The position numbers and the translations under genes were made by a program. A stretch of 64,000 nt of DNA from assembly GCF_009914755.1 (NCBI RefSeq), contig NC_060937.1. One strand, given 5' to 3'. Below the pieces are notes generated by a model. That model was not told the origin of the DNA. It ran no database searches and worked only from the letters and a program-made list of their open reading frames with translations. This document shows, in pieces, positions 29,835 through 43,489 of this stretch (position 1 is the first letter of the stretch; every line of letters starts with the position of its first letter). Origin of the DNA: the human T2T-CHM13v2.0 reference genome, Homo sapiens.

Positions 29835-32800
29835 TAAAGGAGTGAATGTTTTATTCTTTAGTGTTTAATTGAATACATAACAAGTCACATAATCAATGAT
29901 TCATTACTTCACACACAGGAAGGAAAACAGTAGCTAGTATTTCTGTTATACAACTGGTTGTGAACAGGAAGAACAAAAATCTTTATAGCATTAGATGGTT
30001 GAAGAAATTCTCAAAGTTTGGGCATGTCTGAAAAGACTTTGACTGCATCTTTTTTCAATATAAAGGGATTTTTTTCTTACATTTCTGTGTCATTAGAAAA
30101 ATCTGATAATCTTATAAGATTTTTTCTGCTCTTCTTACATTTAGAGAAAATGGTTTAATGATATGTACTATTTAAAAAATCAGAATCCCAGATAACTCTG
30201 TGTGAATCTTACATTGTCTAGCAGATAAGGTTTTCAGATGCCTGGAAAAATTTAAACAACATATAATTTACATCTTCAAAATTAACATCCAGATGGATGT
30301 TTTAATCCTTTGTCACTAAATGGTTACTAACGCTGTTTGAGTGGTCATAAATGAATTGTCATTTGTATTCAATAGTAATAGCAAAATTTACCTGCCTATA
30401 AAGTCGCAAAAACAGTTGTATAATAGTTTACATTACAATTAATGTACCCATACCTCAAAACACATTTAGAATTTAAAAAAACTGGCTTGGAAAAAAATCA
30501 CAAAAAATTTAAGTGACAACAAATCTTGATTAACTAGTCCATCTTCCTACCACACATGATTATACTCTAATGTAGATATTCTGGTTGAATTTCTTCCAAC
30601 CAAGTTTGAAGGGCCCCAGTAGAAAATCAAGTGTTAATACTTTCAGATTTTTATTGTCCAAAACTGTTGACAAAGAAAAGCTAACTTCAACATAACTTGT
30701 TTCTGGCTATACAAAGACCTATTTCAGGTGCTACAGATACTGAAAATAGGAGTATTTTACTTATTTCTCAAGAGACAGACTTATGCCATCTAAGAAAATG
30801 AATTCAGTTTTTAAATGATTTATAGTAAGGAAAAACAGGAAAACAATTCCAAACGAAGGATTGACTCTGATAGGCTTACAACAAAAATATTCAGTTTACT
30901 ATTTTAAAAACTAAATTGAGTAAAGTATTTGTGATTTAGACTATAAAATAAATTCTCAAGGAATTCAACCCCTCCAGTCAATACTTTTTCTTAATGTCTG
31001 CATTGTAATTTAGCATTTTGCATGTGGGAGTACACAAATGAATTGAATATTGGATCAGAATTTACCCTAACTTGAAGAGTAAAAAGTTATCAAAGTTTCA
31101 CCTTACATGGCTTTATTGAAATAACATTCCATCGAAAATTCCAATAAAAATTGGAATATATTATGAGCACTGCCAATTGCTCATTTTGTCTGATATTAAC
31201 AGATTATGCATTTCCTCAGAGAAGCAGTAGGTCCCATATATACAGACATATATATGGCTCTGGTTTGAAAGAGAAGACAATTTTGTCTAGTATTATGATT
31301 TATCACTGTGCTATCAATCAAAAAAACCAAGTAAGAAATACAATTAAAACAACATTGAAAGGGAAAAATTTTTAAATCTCACATCTTCAAGGAATATTTT
31401 CTACAGCATATCATTTGAAAAAGGAGAATGAATACTGTTCATGGTCCACATGTATTAAACAAAAAACATGTCAATTACTTGGTGCAAACACACAGAACCT
31501 GGTACCTGTTTTTTTTTTTTTTTAACCACCATTGTCTACACCTTTTTAAAAATTAAGTTTGTTACTAAAAGTCCAATGTCATTCACTTGTATTTATGATC
31601 ATCAAATGGTAATTAGGGCAACATATGTAAACGCATGCCTCTGAATCAGATTCATGCAGTGTTAATTATCTGAATAATTTATGACATTCTCCCAGGTTAT
31701 TTGAATGGTATCTTTGGAGGGCTTACTCAAATGAACCCACAATACCTCCACTATTACAGCTTATAGGAAATTACAATCCACTTTACAGGCCTCAAAGGTT
31801 CATTCTGTGGCCCAAAGCCCATGGAGGGGAAGGGATCTAAAGGTGCTCATGTCAAGTTATTTTACTTGTTTTTTACTGTCTACCCAATGTAAAATGAATT
31901 TTCTTCACAGCCTTTACTTTAGGCTAAAAATAGACAGTTTTCTTGTATTGACTTTAACTTTAGAGGGGACAGTCGTCCCTGGAAAAAGAAGTAGATTTAC
32001 TGTCCCTAACCATTAAATTCCCAGTCTTTCAAATAATGTGCGGGGCGGGGGGTGCTGGGTGTGACAGGGTGCAGTGAATAAGATGCCTATGTACAAGACA
32101 GTGGAATAGTTCACCTCAAAGGTTTACAAGATAACATTTGTAAGACTTGAGTGACAGAGGCAAAATTTTAGCAGTTTCTCAAGACTCTTGGAGTTGAGCA
32201 GATTTGAGAAGGGAAATCAGAATCGCCGAGCCTTGCCATCTGTCAGTGGTTTTGGTCTGTCCCAAGATGTTCTCAATCATGTGCTTCCTGTTGAACAATC
32301 TAACAAAATACCATACGGGGTAGAGAAATCTCTGCAACACTGACTTTTGGTCAGTGAATCAGAGTCCTAAATTATTTCAGGCTTCAAACAGATGAATTCT
32401 GATGCATTACTTAGTCTGAGACCAAACTCAACATACAAGCAAGCACAACTTCCTAGATTTCTGCTTCCATTTCGCCTAAAATTACAGGCTTTGTATATGA
32501 AGTCAATTTTACTTCTCAAAAAATGTTAGTCTAATAAAAGACTTGAAATCTATTTCCCAACTAAAAAAAAATTAGTGGATTAAAAATACAGGTACCTTGA
32601 CTTTAAGTAGACAGTTAATCAACATATGATTAGTAATACAACTAATACTCAAGAAAAAAAGTATAATACAGCAAACTCAGTTTTACAATTATGTATTTTT
32701 TCCTAACCCAATTCCTCGATAAGGATGTAAGAAACTCATCAAAACATGTTGCTTTAGTATATAAACCAGCTGATGCAAATTACTGGGGTAATATAGGAAA

Positions 32801-34841
32801 TTTTATAGCATTAGTAAATGAATTAAAAAACTAAATGATTCATGTAAAATGTTTATATATGGTATATACAGCTTGGATCACATGAGTCTAAGAATAAAAC
32901 TGTCGATTTGTAACATCTGTATGGACATAGTAAGATACAGTACGAGATTCATTTTTAAAAACAAGGAAAAATAGCACTAATTTAAACACTGAAAACAGCT
33001 CTTACAAAATCCTTAAAAACGTACATCAGAGAAAGATGCTGAAAACAAAACAAAATAGGCTTCTCTGTCATCACAGAATATCCAAAGGACACCTCACAGC
33101 ATGGAGCATGACGAGGTTTATTTCCCTTCACTTATGGTTTACATAGGATATGCATTGGGAATTTATTCCATGTAAGAGTAAAGGCATAAGGCAACCAGGT
33201 CTCCTTCTGTTTCTGTTGCATTTACCTATTATTGGACCATTTTATTGCTCAGCTCACTTTTAAGTACTTATTTGCCTTCATTTAAAAATATTCCATTTTA
33301 CAGCTATCTACAGATAGGCAGCCCTTGGTGCTGAGTTCTCTGCAGCTCGTCATTTGAAAGGATTCCACTTAACTTCAAACAAACTGCATGAAAGTGGCAT
33401 TTTCAGGTTTTCAGGTTTGCCCAGAAGTCAACGTTTGCTGGGCTTGGAGAAAATAAGGATTTTTAATAAGTGATCTTAGGTCTAAGTAACCAAAATGAAA
33501 CTTCTTTTGCGCAATAGATTCCAAAATCAGGATTTATAATCAACAAGAAAATAAAAGTTCAAAAACTAAAACCCTACTGGGTAACTCTTTGGTTAGATTA
33601 TATATAAGCATTAACAACTCTAAGTTTAGGACTCAAAACAGTAAGTTAAGTAAACTGCCAGGTAAGAGTAGGTCTGTTATTAATCTTTATAAAATACTTG
33701 GCATGTTTGCATTTACTATATGATATTTTTTAAATGTGCATATACTCAAACAGATGGTACAAACTTCCAACTTTCAAATCATAAATGACTATGTCTGCTT
33801 CTCCCTTCCCACCCTTCCTACCCTTTCCTCCCTCCCCACCCCACCCCGCCCACCAAGTCTTACAGCTAAAGGAAGGTCCTACTGACATTCATTGAAAGAA
33901 TACAGGCTTTCCTAATACCCACGACGTGCACTATGACCCAGCTCCCTACAGTCACTGCCAGGTGACCTCCTACGGCGCTTGGAGACCTGAGCAGCCTTGC
34001 ACTCTTAGGCGGCAGCGTCCTTTCTCCCTCTTGCCAGTAACTGCTGCCATGTCAACCAGTGGAATCAAGGGCTTCTGGCGAGCAGCAGCTGAAAAGGGCG
34101 CCTCTGCAGGCAGGCGGATCACTTTCTATAAGTTTAAGCTACAGGCTGAGACCTTTTATTCTGTACGAGAAAGGATCCTTTACTGTCCCACGCACTAGAT
34201 TCTTCTACTTTACGTGTAACTTTTCAAAACTTTATTAGTTTAGTTACTGAACTGCCTCCATGGGGTCCTAATTCCAGGCTCAGAATCTTCCATCCAGCCT
34301 TCTAAAACTCTACCTTCAAAAGAGGTCAAAAAGACTGTGTAATGACCTTGTAAAACACTAACCCCAGACAGTGGAACCAATCCTGATCTCTTAAACCCCC
34401 AGTGAGTCATAAGAGCTTGAGAAGATTTCAAGGAAATCTTCCGCACATTGGACACGGTCCAATCAGGTTCTGAACAATTCAATCATCCCCCGGTCTGTGG
34501 CCACACTCCCCCAATAGATCCAAACTGAAGTACCATCTGGGGGAGGGGTGGTTTGAGGCAGGGAGTAGAGAAAGCATGGAGTGGTAGGTGGGGGTGGGGT
34601 GGGGGTTCCTCTGGGTTCTCTCGGTTCAGGAGGTCCAAAGAAGACGAAGCAGCCCAGAGGATTTGCGGCTGCAGGTTCTGTAGTGGAGGGAAGGTGGGCG
34701 GACAGGTCTCACCCAGCTACTACTGGAGGGGGAGAATGGGAGGGCAGCAGCCAGGGGACAAAGGTGGGACAAGAGGCTCTGTAATCATCTCTCGGGCAGG
34801 AGAAGGACTGGGCGCTGGAGTGGCGAGGGGGTCTGGGGAGC
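29835..34841 (-). other. KCTD12: KCTD12 long 3'UTR (~5 kb)
   Basis: Continuous AU-rich sequence with no recognisable transposon, from the stop codon to tandem poly(A) signals near 29850-29869. The total of ~6.2 kb agrees with my recollection of the mRNA size. Confidence 0.8.
29850..29869 (-). terminator. Tandem polyadenylation signals ATTAAA and AATAAA (probable main KCTD12 3' end)
   Basis: Plus-strand TTTATT at 29850-29855 and TTTAAT at 29864-29869; U/GU-rich sequence follows on the minus strand. Confidence 0.75.
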
Positions 34842-36075
<1,234 letters not shown>

Positions 36076-36089
36076 TGCCGGGTCGCGGC

Positions 36090-36330
36090 CCGCGCGCTGC
36101 TTAAGTAGAGCCGCCTGCTCTGGTGCCGTGGCGCGCAGGAGGCGTGGGCGGCGGCGGAGCCTCGCTTACCGGGCGAGGGGAGGTGGGGAGCGGGGACTCG
36201 ATTTGCATCTTAAACGCGGACGCCACGCGGGGCTGCTGGCTCCACCCCGGCTCGCGAGCGCTGGGGGCGCCCGGACTCCCACCCGCTCCCCACCCACCAG
36301 CCCCGCCCCGTGGTCCCGCCCAACTTTCTC
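36090..36330 (-). promoter_or_regulatory. KCTD12 proximal promoter: TATA-like element, EGR site, octamer, GC boxes
   Basis: CTTAAGTAG at 36100-36108; perfect EGR consensus GCGTGGGCG at 36142-36150; perfect octamer ATTTGCAT at 36201-36208; SP/KLF box CCCCGCCCC at 36301-36309. Confidence 0.7.
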
Positions 36331-37989
36331 CCTCTTCCGAAGAGGACCCGCCCGAGACTTGGCGGCTTCGGAAGACAGCTCCTTGGAGGGACAGTCACCG
36401 CGCCCCCTCCCCTCTCGCCCCAGCCCGCACCCAAGGACTCTGGAAGGAGGACGTGAACTTTCGGAAGCCTCTCGCCCCGGGAGTGGAAATGCGTGGCCGC
36501 CTCCGGCCCTCCCGCCTGCGGAACTGGGCGCTTCCAGCAGTGCAGCTGCGGCCTGCCATCGTTGGTTGTCGTGTCACTGAAAGTAGAGAGACGCGAAAAA
36601 CCTGGAGAGACGAAAGAGCCGCCCCAGTCCGAGCGCAGCCAGATTTTGTTCAAGTTGCCTTGCAGCCAGCCTGGAAAATAAATAAATAAACCTAGAAACA
36701 AAAAGCAAACCTCAGTGTCCCGCAGTAGGATGCTTTACGATAGTTTATTTTCTGGCTGCAGAGACAAAATGAGATGAAGCTTCAAATCTGCTCTTAATTG
36801 CAATTCCCTCTTCCCGCAGGGCCTTCGAGGCACTTCACTTCGAAGTGAAGGGGTAAGACTCCGGAACGTTCGGTCTCCGGGTCCCATTCAGCCTTCGTTG
36901 AATCGCGCCCTTAGACTCACAACAGTTGCAGATCTAACGTAATTTTTAAAGCCACCTTTGGCGCCTGCATGTTTATCCTTCCAAAAGTCCAGGCGCCCCT
37001 TCTCTCCCGCATGCCTCGGTCACTCTTCGGCCCTGTCCAAGTTCCCGTCAGTCTCAGAAAGGGATATTTATATATCTGAAGGCCCTTGTCTGGATCCCAT
37101 CTCTCAACTCCTGCTGCCTACACGTTTGCTTTTCCCCCTCGGACTGCAGCCCACAGAACCGCCCCCTCCCCCTGGAAGCTTTCCCTGGCTTCCCAGGTGG
37201 GTGGGGCCTCTGGATGGCTCCCTACACACTGTCTGCGCTGCTCCCAGCACGTTCTGAAATGTCATATTTATGAGTGATTATCTGATCACTGATTTGGGTA
37301 TGAAAATAAGTAAGAGCTCCTGAATGCTGCAAAAAGAGAAGAGTGCAGAGGAGGGTGTCAAGAAATGATTGGGTCACTGAATGTTTCTTGTGTACCTGCT
37401 ATTATTTGCAGGGCACCAGGGAGTGAGGAATGCAAAGGCGAATAATCTCCAAAGCGCTTTCAGTGTAGCCCAATAAGCAAAGGGTCAGGGGTCTGCGCAG
37501 TTATCACATCAGTTTGAAGTATAGACCACACATCAGGATAAATCAGGCAAGATCTTTGTTCTTGATAAAATTTATCCTTCTGTGTAACTACCCAGTGAGC
37601 TTCACAGTCTCCTCACAGATAAATGTCATTTTTATTTTGAAATGTTTATATCTGCTCAACAATTACCGCGCTCATGTCAGTGTGCTGAAATGAGATCAAC
37701 CCCCAAACCAGTTATCTTAATTGCAAGTACAGATTTTGATACTGAATGTATTTCAACATTCTTTTTTTGTTGTTGTTCTGTTCTTTGGGATAAATAATAG
37801 ATAACACAAAACTTCCAAGTCCCAGTGCAGGATTTCGAGGTGGTTGTGCTACTAGGCGTTATATTAGTGTCAGAGACCTGACAAAACCAGCCTCTTTTCT
37901 ACAAATCCAAGAAAAGCCTTCTTTGTATCAGTTCTGCACATATTTTTGTATAATTACCATTGCTCATTGCATCAGCAAATCCTGCCAGC

Positions 37990-38665
37990 TCTGTGTTAAA
38001 AATCTTTCTAGACTATTAACGTATTTCACCATCTCCCTATCATCACCCTGGACCAAGCCACCATCATCTCTTGCCTGGATTATTGCACTGGTCTCCTAAC
38101 TGCTTCTACTTCTGCTCCTACAGTCTTGTATCACCAGAACAAAAACAGGGACCCTGCTTATAATCCAAGGCTGGTATGTCACTCTGCTCAGAGCCTGCCA
38201 GTGGCTTCCTATCTCAGAAAGAGCAAAATCCAAAGTCCTCTCAGTGGCTTACAAGACTCTACATGTTTGGAGTTATCCCACCAGCACCTCTCTGACACAT
38301 CTCCTGCCCTGCCCCCAGGAGCTGGCTGGCTTTAGCCACATAGCCCCTTTCTTGTTTTCTCAGGGCCTTTGCACATCCTTGTAAAAGTCTCATTTCTCCT
38401 CCCTCCCGTGTTCCTCACCTTGTTCAGGTCCCTCCCTTCTCACCTTCTTCAGGTCTGCCCAGCAAGACCTTTCCTTGATTCCACTTCTTAATGCAGCACA
38501 GCCTCACTGCAGCTTCCTCTTCCTTGCCTTATTTGTTGACTCTTTTCCTACATCAGAATATAAACTCCAAGACTTCAGCAGTTTTTGTCTGCTTGGTTCA
38601 CTGCCACACCCCCACTGCCTAGAACAGAGCTGGTATATTACAGGCATTTGATAAATATCTGTTGC
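37990..38665 (+). mobile_element. L2 (L2a-like) 3' region
   Basis: CCAAGCCACCATCATCTCTTGCCTGGATTATTGCA...GCCTAGAACAGAGCTGG...ATAAATATCTGTTG. Confidence 0.8.
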
Positions 38666-38669
38666 TCAC

Positions 38670-39030
38670 GCAAGCATTCAACCACTATTTATTCAGGGCC
38701 TACTACTATATTCCAGGCTGCATGTTAAAAAATAATCACTGCCCACTAGGAGCTTATAGTCTTGCGAGGGAGACAAATAAATATAGTATAAAGATAAGTA
38801 AGCCTATTTCAGGTGGTGATAAATGCCACAAAGAAAATAAAATTATAAGATGTGATAGAGGGACTGAGTGTGGAATACTACTTTATACAGAGTGCCTGGG
38901 GAAGGCATCTCTGTGAATGTGACATTTGAGCTGAATAATAAGAAAGAGACAGCCATGGGAAGTTTTGGAGGAAGAGCATTCCAGGCACAGGGTCAAACAA
39001 GTTAAAGGGGCCTGAGTTATGAGTGAGCTC
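38670..39030 (-). mobile_element. L2 fragment, tail-to-tail with the previous one
   Basis: CATTCAACCACTATTTATTCAGGGCCTACTA...GGAAGAGCATTCCAGGCACAGGG. Confidence 0.75.
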
Positions 39031-39750
39031 ACATTGAAAGTTTATGTATTGTGTCATCTACTTGTATCCTGTGAATCTCCAAAGTACCCTTGAGATGATC
39101 AGTACAGAGTCAAATGTGAGTGATACCGTGTGCTTATTCACTACCTGCAGCCTACTATCATCATTCTCTACATCTTGACATAAGGTAGTCATCAACCACC
39201 AGCTAGTCTACTGCAGAAAAGCCATTGGTATTTCCTTATGGAAGCCAGGTAATGCATGAGAGATATAATAATGAATGAAACAGGTGATTTGAAACACAAG
39301 GAATGTTTTTCTAGTTAATTTTGTGTGTTCTGTTTCTTGCCTATTGGTTGGTATCACAGAATTCAAAAGGAAATACTACTGGGGAACTCTGATGCTGGGA
39401 CTTGAGGGCCTGAGTGTTTATAAGAAGAGAGTCATAACTCTTTAGCATCTCCAGTATGTTAAATATGCTTGATTGCAAGGGATTGGGGAGGATTTGGAAA
39501 CCCACTAGCCCTGTGTTTAGTCTCAAACCAGTTTCTAATGATGGTCATTGCTAATTGATGGTCATTGCTCCTTTTCAAGTAACTCTTTGTATTTTCCTGA
39601 ATAAGATACAGTGTGCCTGCAAGTAACCTGTCCTTTGATCCTAAAGTGGAGGATACTGGAAACATCTCTGGACCTACATTCTCATCTCATTTGCATCTTC
39701 TCCCCCACCTACTGCCTTCTCTTCAAACCAGCTTCCCCTCCCACTCCCCA

Positions 39751-40472
39751 CAGTAATCCTTCTTATCCAAAGTTTCCATTACCATGGTTTCAGTTACCCA
39801 TGGTCAGCTGTGGTTTGAAAATATTACATGGAAATTCCAGAAATATAACTAATTCATAAATTCAAAATTGCACACCATTCAGAGTAGTGTGATGAAATCT
39901 CCCACTGTCCTGCTTCGTCTTGCCCTGGACATGAATATCCACACCTCTACACTCCCAACCCATGAGTCACTTAGTAGCCATCTCAGCTGTCAGATCAACT
40001 GTCTTAGTATCACCCTATCACAGTGCTTGTGTTCAAGTAACACTCAGTTTACTTAATAAATGGCCACAAATTACAAGAGTAGTGATGCTGGCAATTCAGA
40101 TATGCCAAAGAGAAGCCATAAAATGCTGCCTTTAAGTGAAAAGGTGAAAGTTCTCAATTTAATAAGAAAAAAAAAGTTACATCCCAAGGTTGCTAAGATC
40201 TATGATAAGAATGTAGACATTGTGAAATTTCTGTGAAATTATGAAGGAAAAATTTGTGCTAGTTTTGCTGTCACACCTCCAAACACAAAACGTATGGCAC
40301 AGAGTGCATGATAAGTGTGTAGTGAAAATGGAAAAGGCATTAAACTTGTGGATTGAAGACATGAAGAGAAACATGTTCCAATGGACAGCAATCAGGTTCA
40401 GTACTACCTACGGTTTCAGTCACCCACTGAGGGTCTTGGAATGTATACCCTTTGTATGAAAGGAGACTACTG
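39751..40472. mobile_element. MER44/Tigger7-type TcMar element with decayed transposase 5' fragment
   Basis: Degenerate TIRs CAGTAATCCTTCTTATCC / GAAAGGAGACTACTG-TA; internal MPKRSHKMLPLSEKVKVLNLIRKK (~40102-40175), a CENP-B/pogo-like N-terminus. Confidence 0.85.
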
Positions 40473-41014
40473 TATTCTGCATACCAAAGATTTAAGGAAA
40501 GGAATGAGGAACATGAAGAGAAATATAAAGTTAAAGGGGAGGAAGAACTGGTGAAATGAAGTGAGTGCCTTTGAGAATTGAATGAATTTAATATATGTGA
40601 AAATGATCTGTACATTGTAAAACACCATTCAAGTGTCAGAATCATTATTTTCCACCACTTATCATGGTGCTTGACAAGTCTTCCCAATAAATACTGAATG
40701 AACAAATGAATGGCAGAAACATTAAAATGAACACTATGGGGAAAGGGGAAGAGAGGCAGAATCAGAAATTATCCTGAATAAATATTTATTCCATTTGTCA
40801 TCCTCCTAATATGTGTGAATCTTTTCTCCATGCAGGCTTTAGAAGTCATTGACTTTTTGCATTTAGTAGGAGAGATTAATTGAATAACATTAAGTGAATC
40901 CGGAGGCAAAATGATCTTAATAAAGATTTGGTAAAAGATGTGACAATATTTAACCTGAAGAAAAGAGAACAAAATGTTATATAGGGTACACTGCCAAAAT
41001 ACTAGGTCTAAATT

Positions 41015-41159
41015 CCAGTTACTCAGGAGGCTGAGGCAGGAGAATTGCTTGAACCTGAGAGGCAGAGGTTGCAGTGAGCCAAGGTCGCACCACTGCACTC
41101 CAGCCTAGGCAACAGAGCGAGACCCCATCTCAAAAAACAAAACAAACAAAAAAAAAAAA
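41015..41159 (+). mobile_element. 5'-truncated Alu (right arm)
   Basis: TACTCAGGAGGCTGAGGCAGGAGAATTGC...A-rich tail; AGGTCTA on both flanks. Confidence 0.9.
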
Positions 41160-41314
41160 CAGGTCTAGACAGTAAAGAATATCCCAACATTGTATGATTA
41201 TCTCTAGAGTATGATTTTTATGATTTATAGAACCAAACAAAGAAACAAAAGTTAACAATGTTGATATTTCTATACCCTTAAGATGGTGTTTGGAGCTTAT
41301 CCAGGAAACAAATA

Positions 41315-41685
41315 ATATAACAAGCATGTATAGAGTACTTACTATGAGCCAGCCCTATTTATAGAACTATACATGTATGAACTCATTTAATCCTAACAAT
41401 AACTTTATGAGGTTGGTGCTATTACCCAAGTTTTAGATGAGAAACTGAGGCACAGTGAACTAATTTTCCCAAGATCATACAGCAAATAGGTGCTGGAGCT
41501 GGGATTTGAACCCAGGCAGTGTAGCCTTAGAATCTGTGCTTTTAAACACTGCATTTTAAATCCCCTTTCCTCTAGGAGTGCTTTACATGTATTAAGAAGT
41601 AAGTTATATTATTTTCCCCCTTTACAGATGAGAAACCCAAGGCAAAGAGAAGTAAGGTAACTTGACCAAGATAACACAGCTCTTT
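41315..41685 (-). mobile_element. Two adjacent MIRs
   Basis: CTCATTTAATCCT...AGATGAGAAACTGAGGCACAG...GGGATTTGAACCCAGGCAGT, then a second TTTACAGATGAGAAAC...TAACTTGACCAAGAT. Confidence 0.85.
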
Positions 41686-41844
41686 ATCTCTGCTGGGGGC
41701 AGAAATGCTACTCTAAAGTCTACGTGCTTGTGTTCCGCAGTACTGGTAACCAGAAACTCAAAGTAGCCACCCTGAAAGAACTAGGGTTAAGAAAGAGTCA
41801 AGTCCTTGGCCCTTATTTCTTCTTTCTGCCTTCTTTTTTCCTTC

Positions 41845-42060
41845 CAACCTATTTTAGGTTTATGGGTACCTGTGCAGGTTTGTTACACAGGTAAATTGCA
41901 CGTCGCAGGGGTTTGGTGTACAGATTATTTCATCACCAAAGTAATAAGCATAGTACCTGATAGGTAGTTTTTGGATTCTCACCTTCCATCCAACCTCTAC
42001 CCTCAAGTAGGCTCCAATGTCTATTGTTCCCTTCCTTGTATCCATGTGTACTTTTACCCA
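41845..42060 (-). mobile_element. L1PA13-16-like 3' end
   Basis: GTGCAGGTTTGTTACACAGGTAAATTGC...TAAGCATAGTACCTGATAGGTAGTTTTT. Confidence 0.85.
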
Positions 42061-43489
42061 AATAAGAATCTCTATTTGAGCCCCTGGATAGAACTGACAC
42101 ACTATTGTCCTAATCTTTCCCTAATTCAGTCCTGTACACAAAATAAACAAGATTTTATTTCTGGCTCTCTCAAATATCATTACGGTTTGCAAAGCACCAA
42201 GTTCCTAGCATGTTCATTTGGCTTTATTCTGATCTCATTAACTCTTGACAAGGATAAAGTGAATCCATGGAAACTGCTGAGATCTAGGTTCCAGTTTCCC
42301 AAAGCAAGCAGTATCCACTGGTCTTCTGGGGCTCATAAAATTGAACAAGTGCATTCTACTTGTGGCTTTGCATATCAAACTGAACACAAAAATAGCTGGC
42401 CCTCATCACTTGAGTGATTCTGGAACTTCTGACTAAGACTAATTATTAACATCACTGATGTTTCATAAGAATTTGAAAGTCTTGGTTTCCAATCATGATA
42501 TTAAATTTAGAGAGGAACTATATATAAGTTATCACATTCTAATCACATTCTAGTGTTTTTCTGTTTCGAGTGTTTTCATATTGTCAGGTTGACTTAATTA
42601 TCACAATTTTGTGAGGTGTTAACCAACCTGTGTTCCAAATGAAGAAAGAAACTCAAAAAGGTTAGGTGACTCACACCTCCTCTCAGGTGGCTGGGATGCA
42701 GTGCTGGGATGCACGTGGATGCTTCCTGATTTCATATCCCATGCTCTTTGAACTCTTCAGCAGCCATATCAGCTCCATTTAACACCCAAATGAAGGTTGT
42801 CATTCAAAATAATCACCTTGAAGACTATATACTCCTTTGAGGGATGCTGGAATCACTCACCATTTTTGGTACATTTGTTTGGAAATTTTCTTCAAAGCCA
42901 ATTTACACAAGAATATCACCCTATTATTTTATACTTATGTTAAAGTTGTAGTTGATATCTTTCTAGGGCTCTAAAACAGGGCACCTCACTGCAGGACAGA
43001 CCCACATGCCTGAAAATAAATTAGGACAAAGCCAGTTTTCATGAATGAAACTAAGGTGATGATCATCGGGTATTCACCTTTTGACATTGGGTTTTAAAGA
43101 TCTCATCCCTAGAGTTCTCTAATATGCTGAATAGCATTGAGTTTAGGTTACTTAGAAAGAAGGGCTGATTCAACTGCAGAGATTTTAATATGTGGTTCCA
43201 GAAAGTCTGCATATTTTATTGTGAGGTTTGCACAAGAAGCCAAGCCACTGGCTAGACTGTAATGGTTGATTTCTTATGTAATTGTAAGATCATTTATTTG
43301 ATATAATTAAGGGGGAAAAATATATTTCCCCAATTTGCTTTCCAGTTACTAAAGAAATATGCATAATATTTCACAGTAAGAAAATTGCCTCAAAACATGC
43401 TAAACTTTAAATTTACATTACTTGGTATAATTTACTTTTAAAAAATACATTTCTTTTCCTACAGTAAAATATAGATGGGAAAATCATAC

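Noticed and set aside
34539-34605. Plus-strand G-runs as a G-quadruplex
   Set aside because: Only three closely spaced long G-runs, and on the template strand; weaker than the motif at 33830-33851.
34240-34841. Possible decayed H2 domain or stop-codon readthrough in the proximal 3'UTR
   Set aside because: In-frame readthrough adds only 18 residues (APQTPSPLQRPVLLLPER*). The resemblance of LEGWMEDS...PWRQ (ORF 34240-34482) to H2 is too weak to call by eye; a profile search is needed.
40102-40459. Tigger/CENP-B-like transposase gene
   Set aside because: Short, frameshifted remnant in a non-autonomous MER44-type element.
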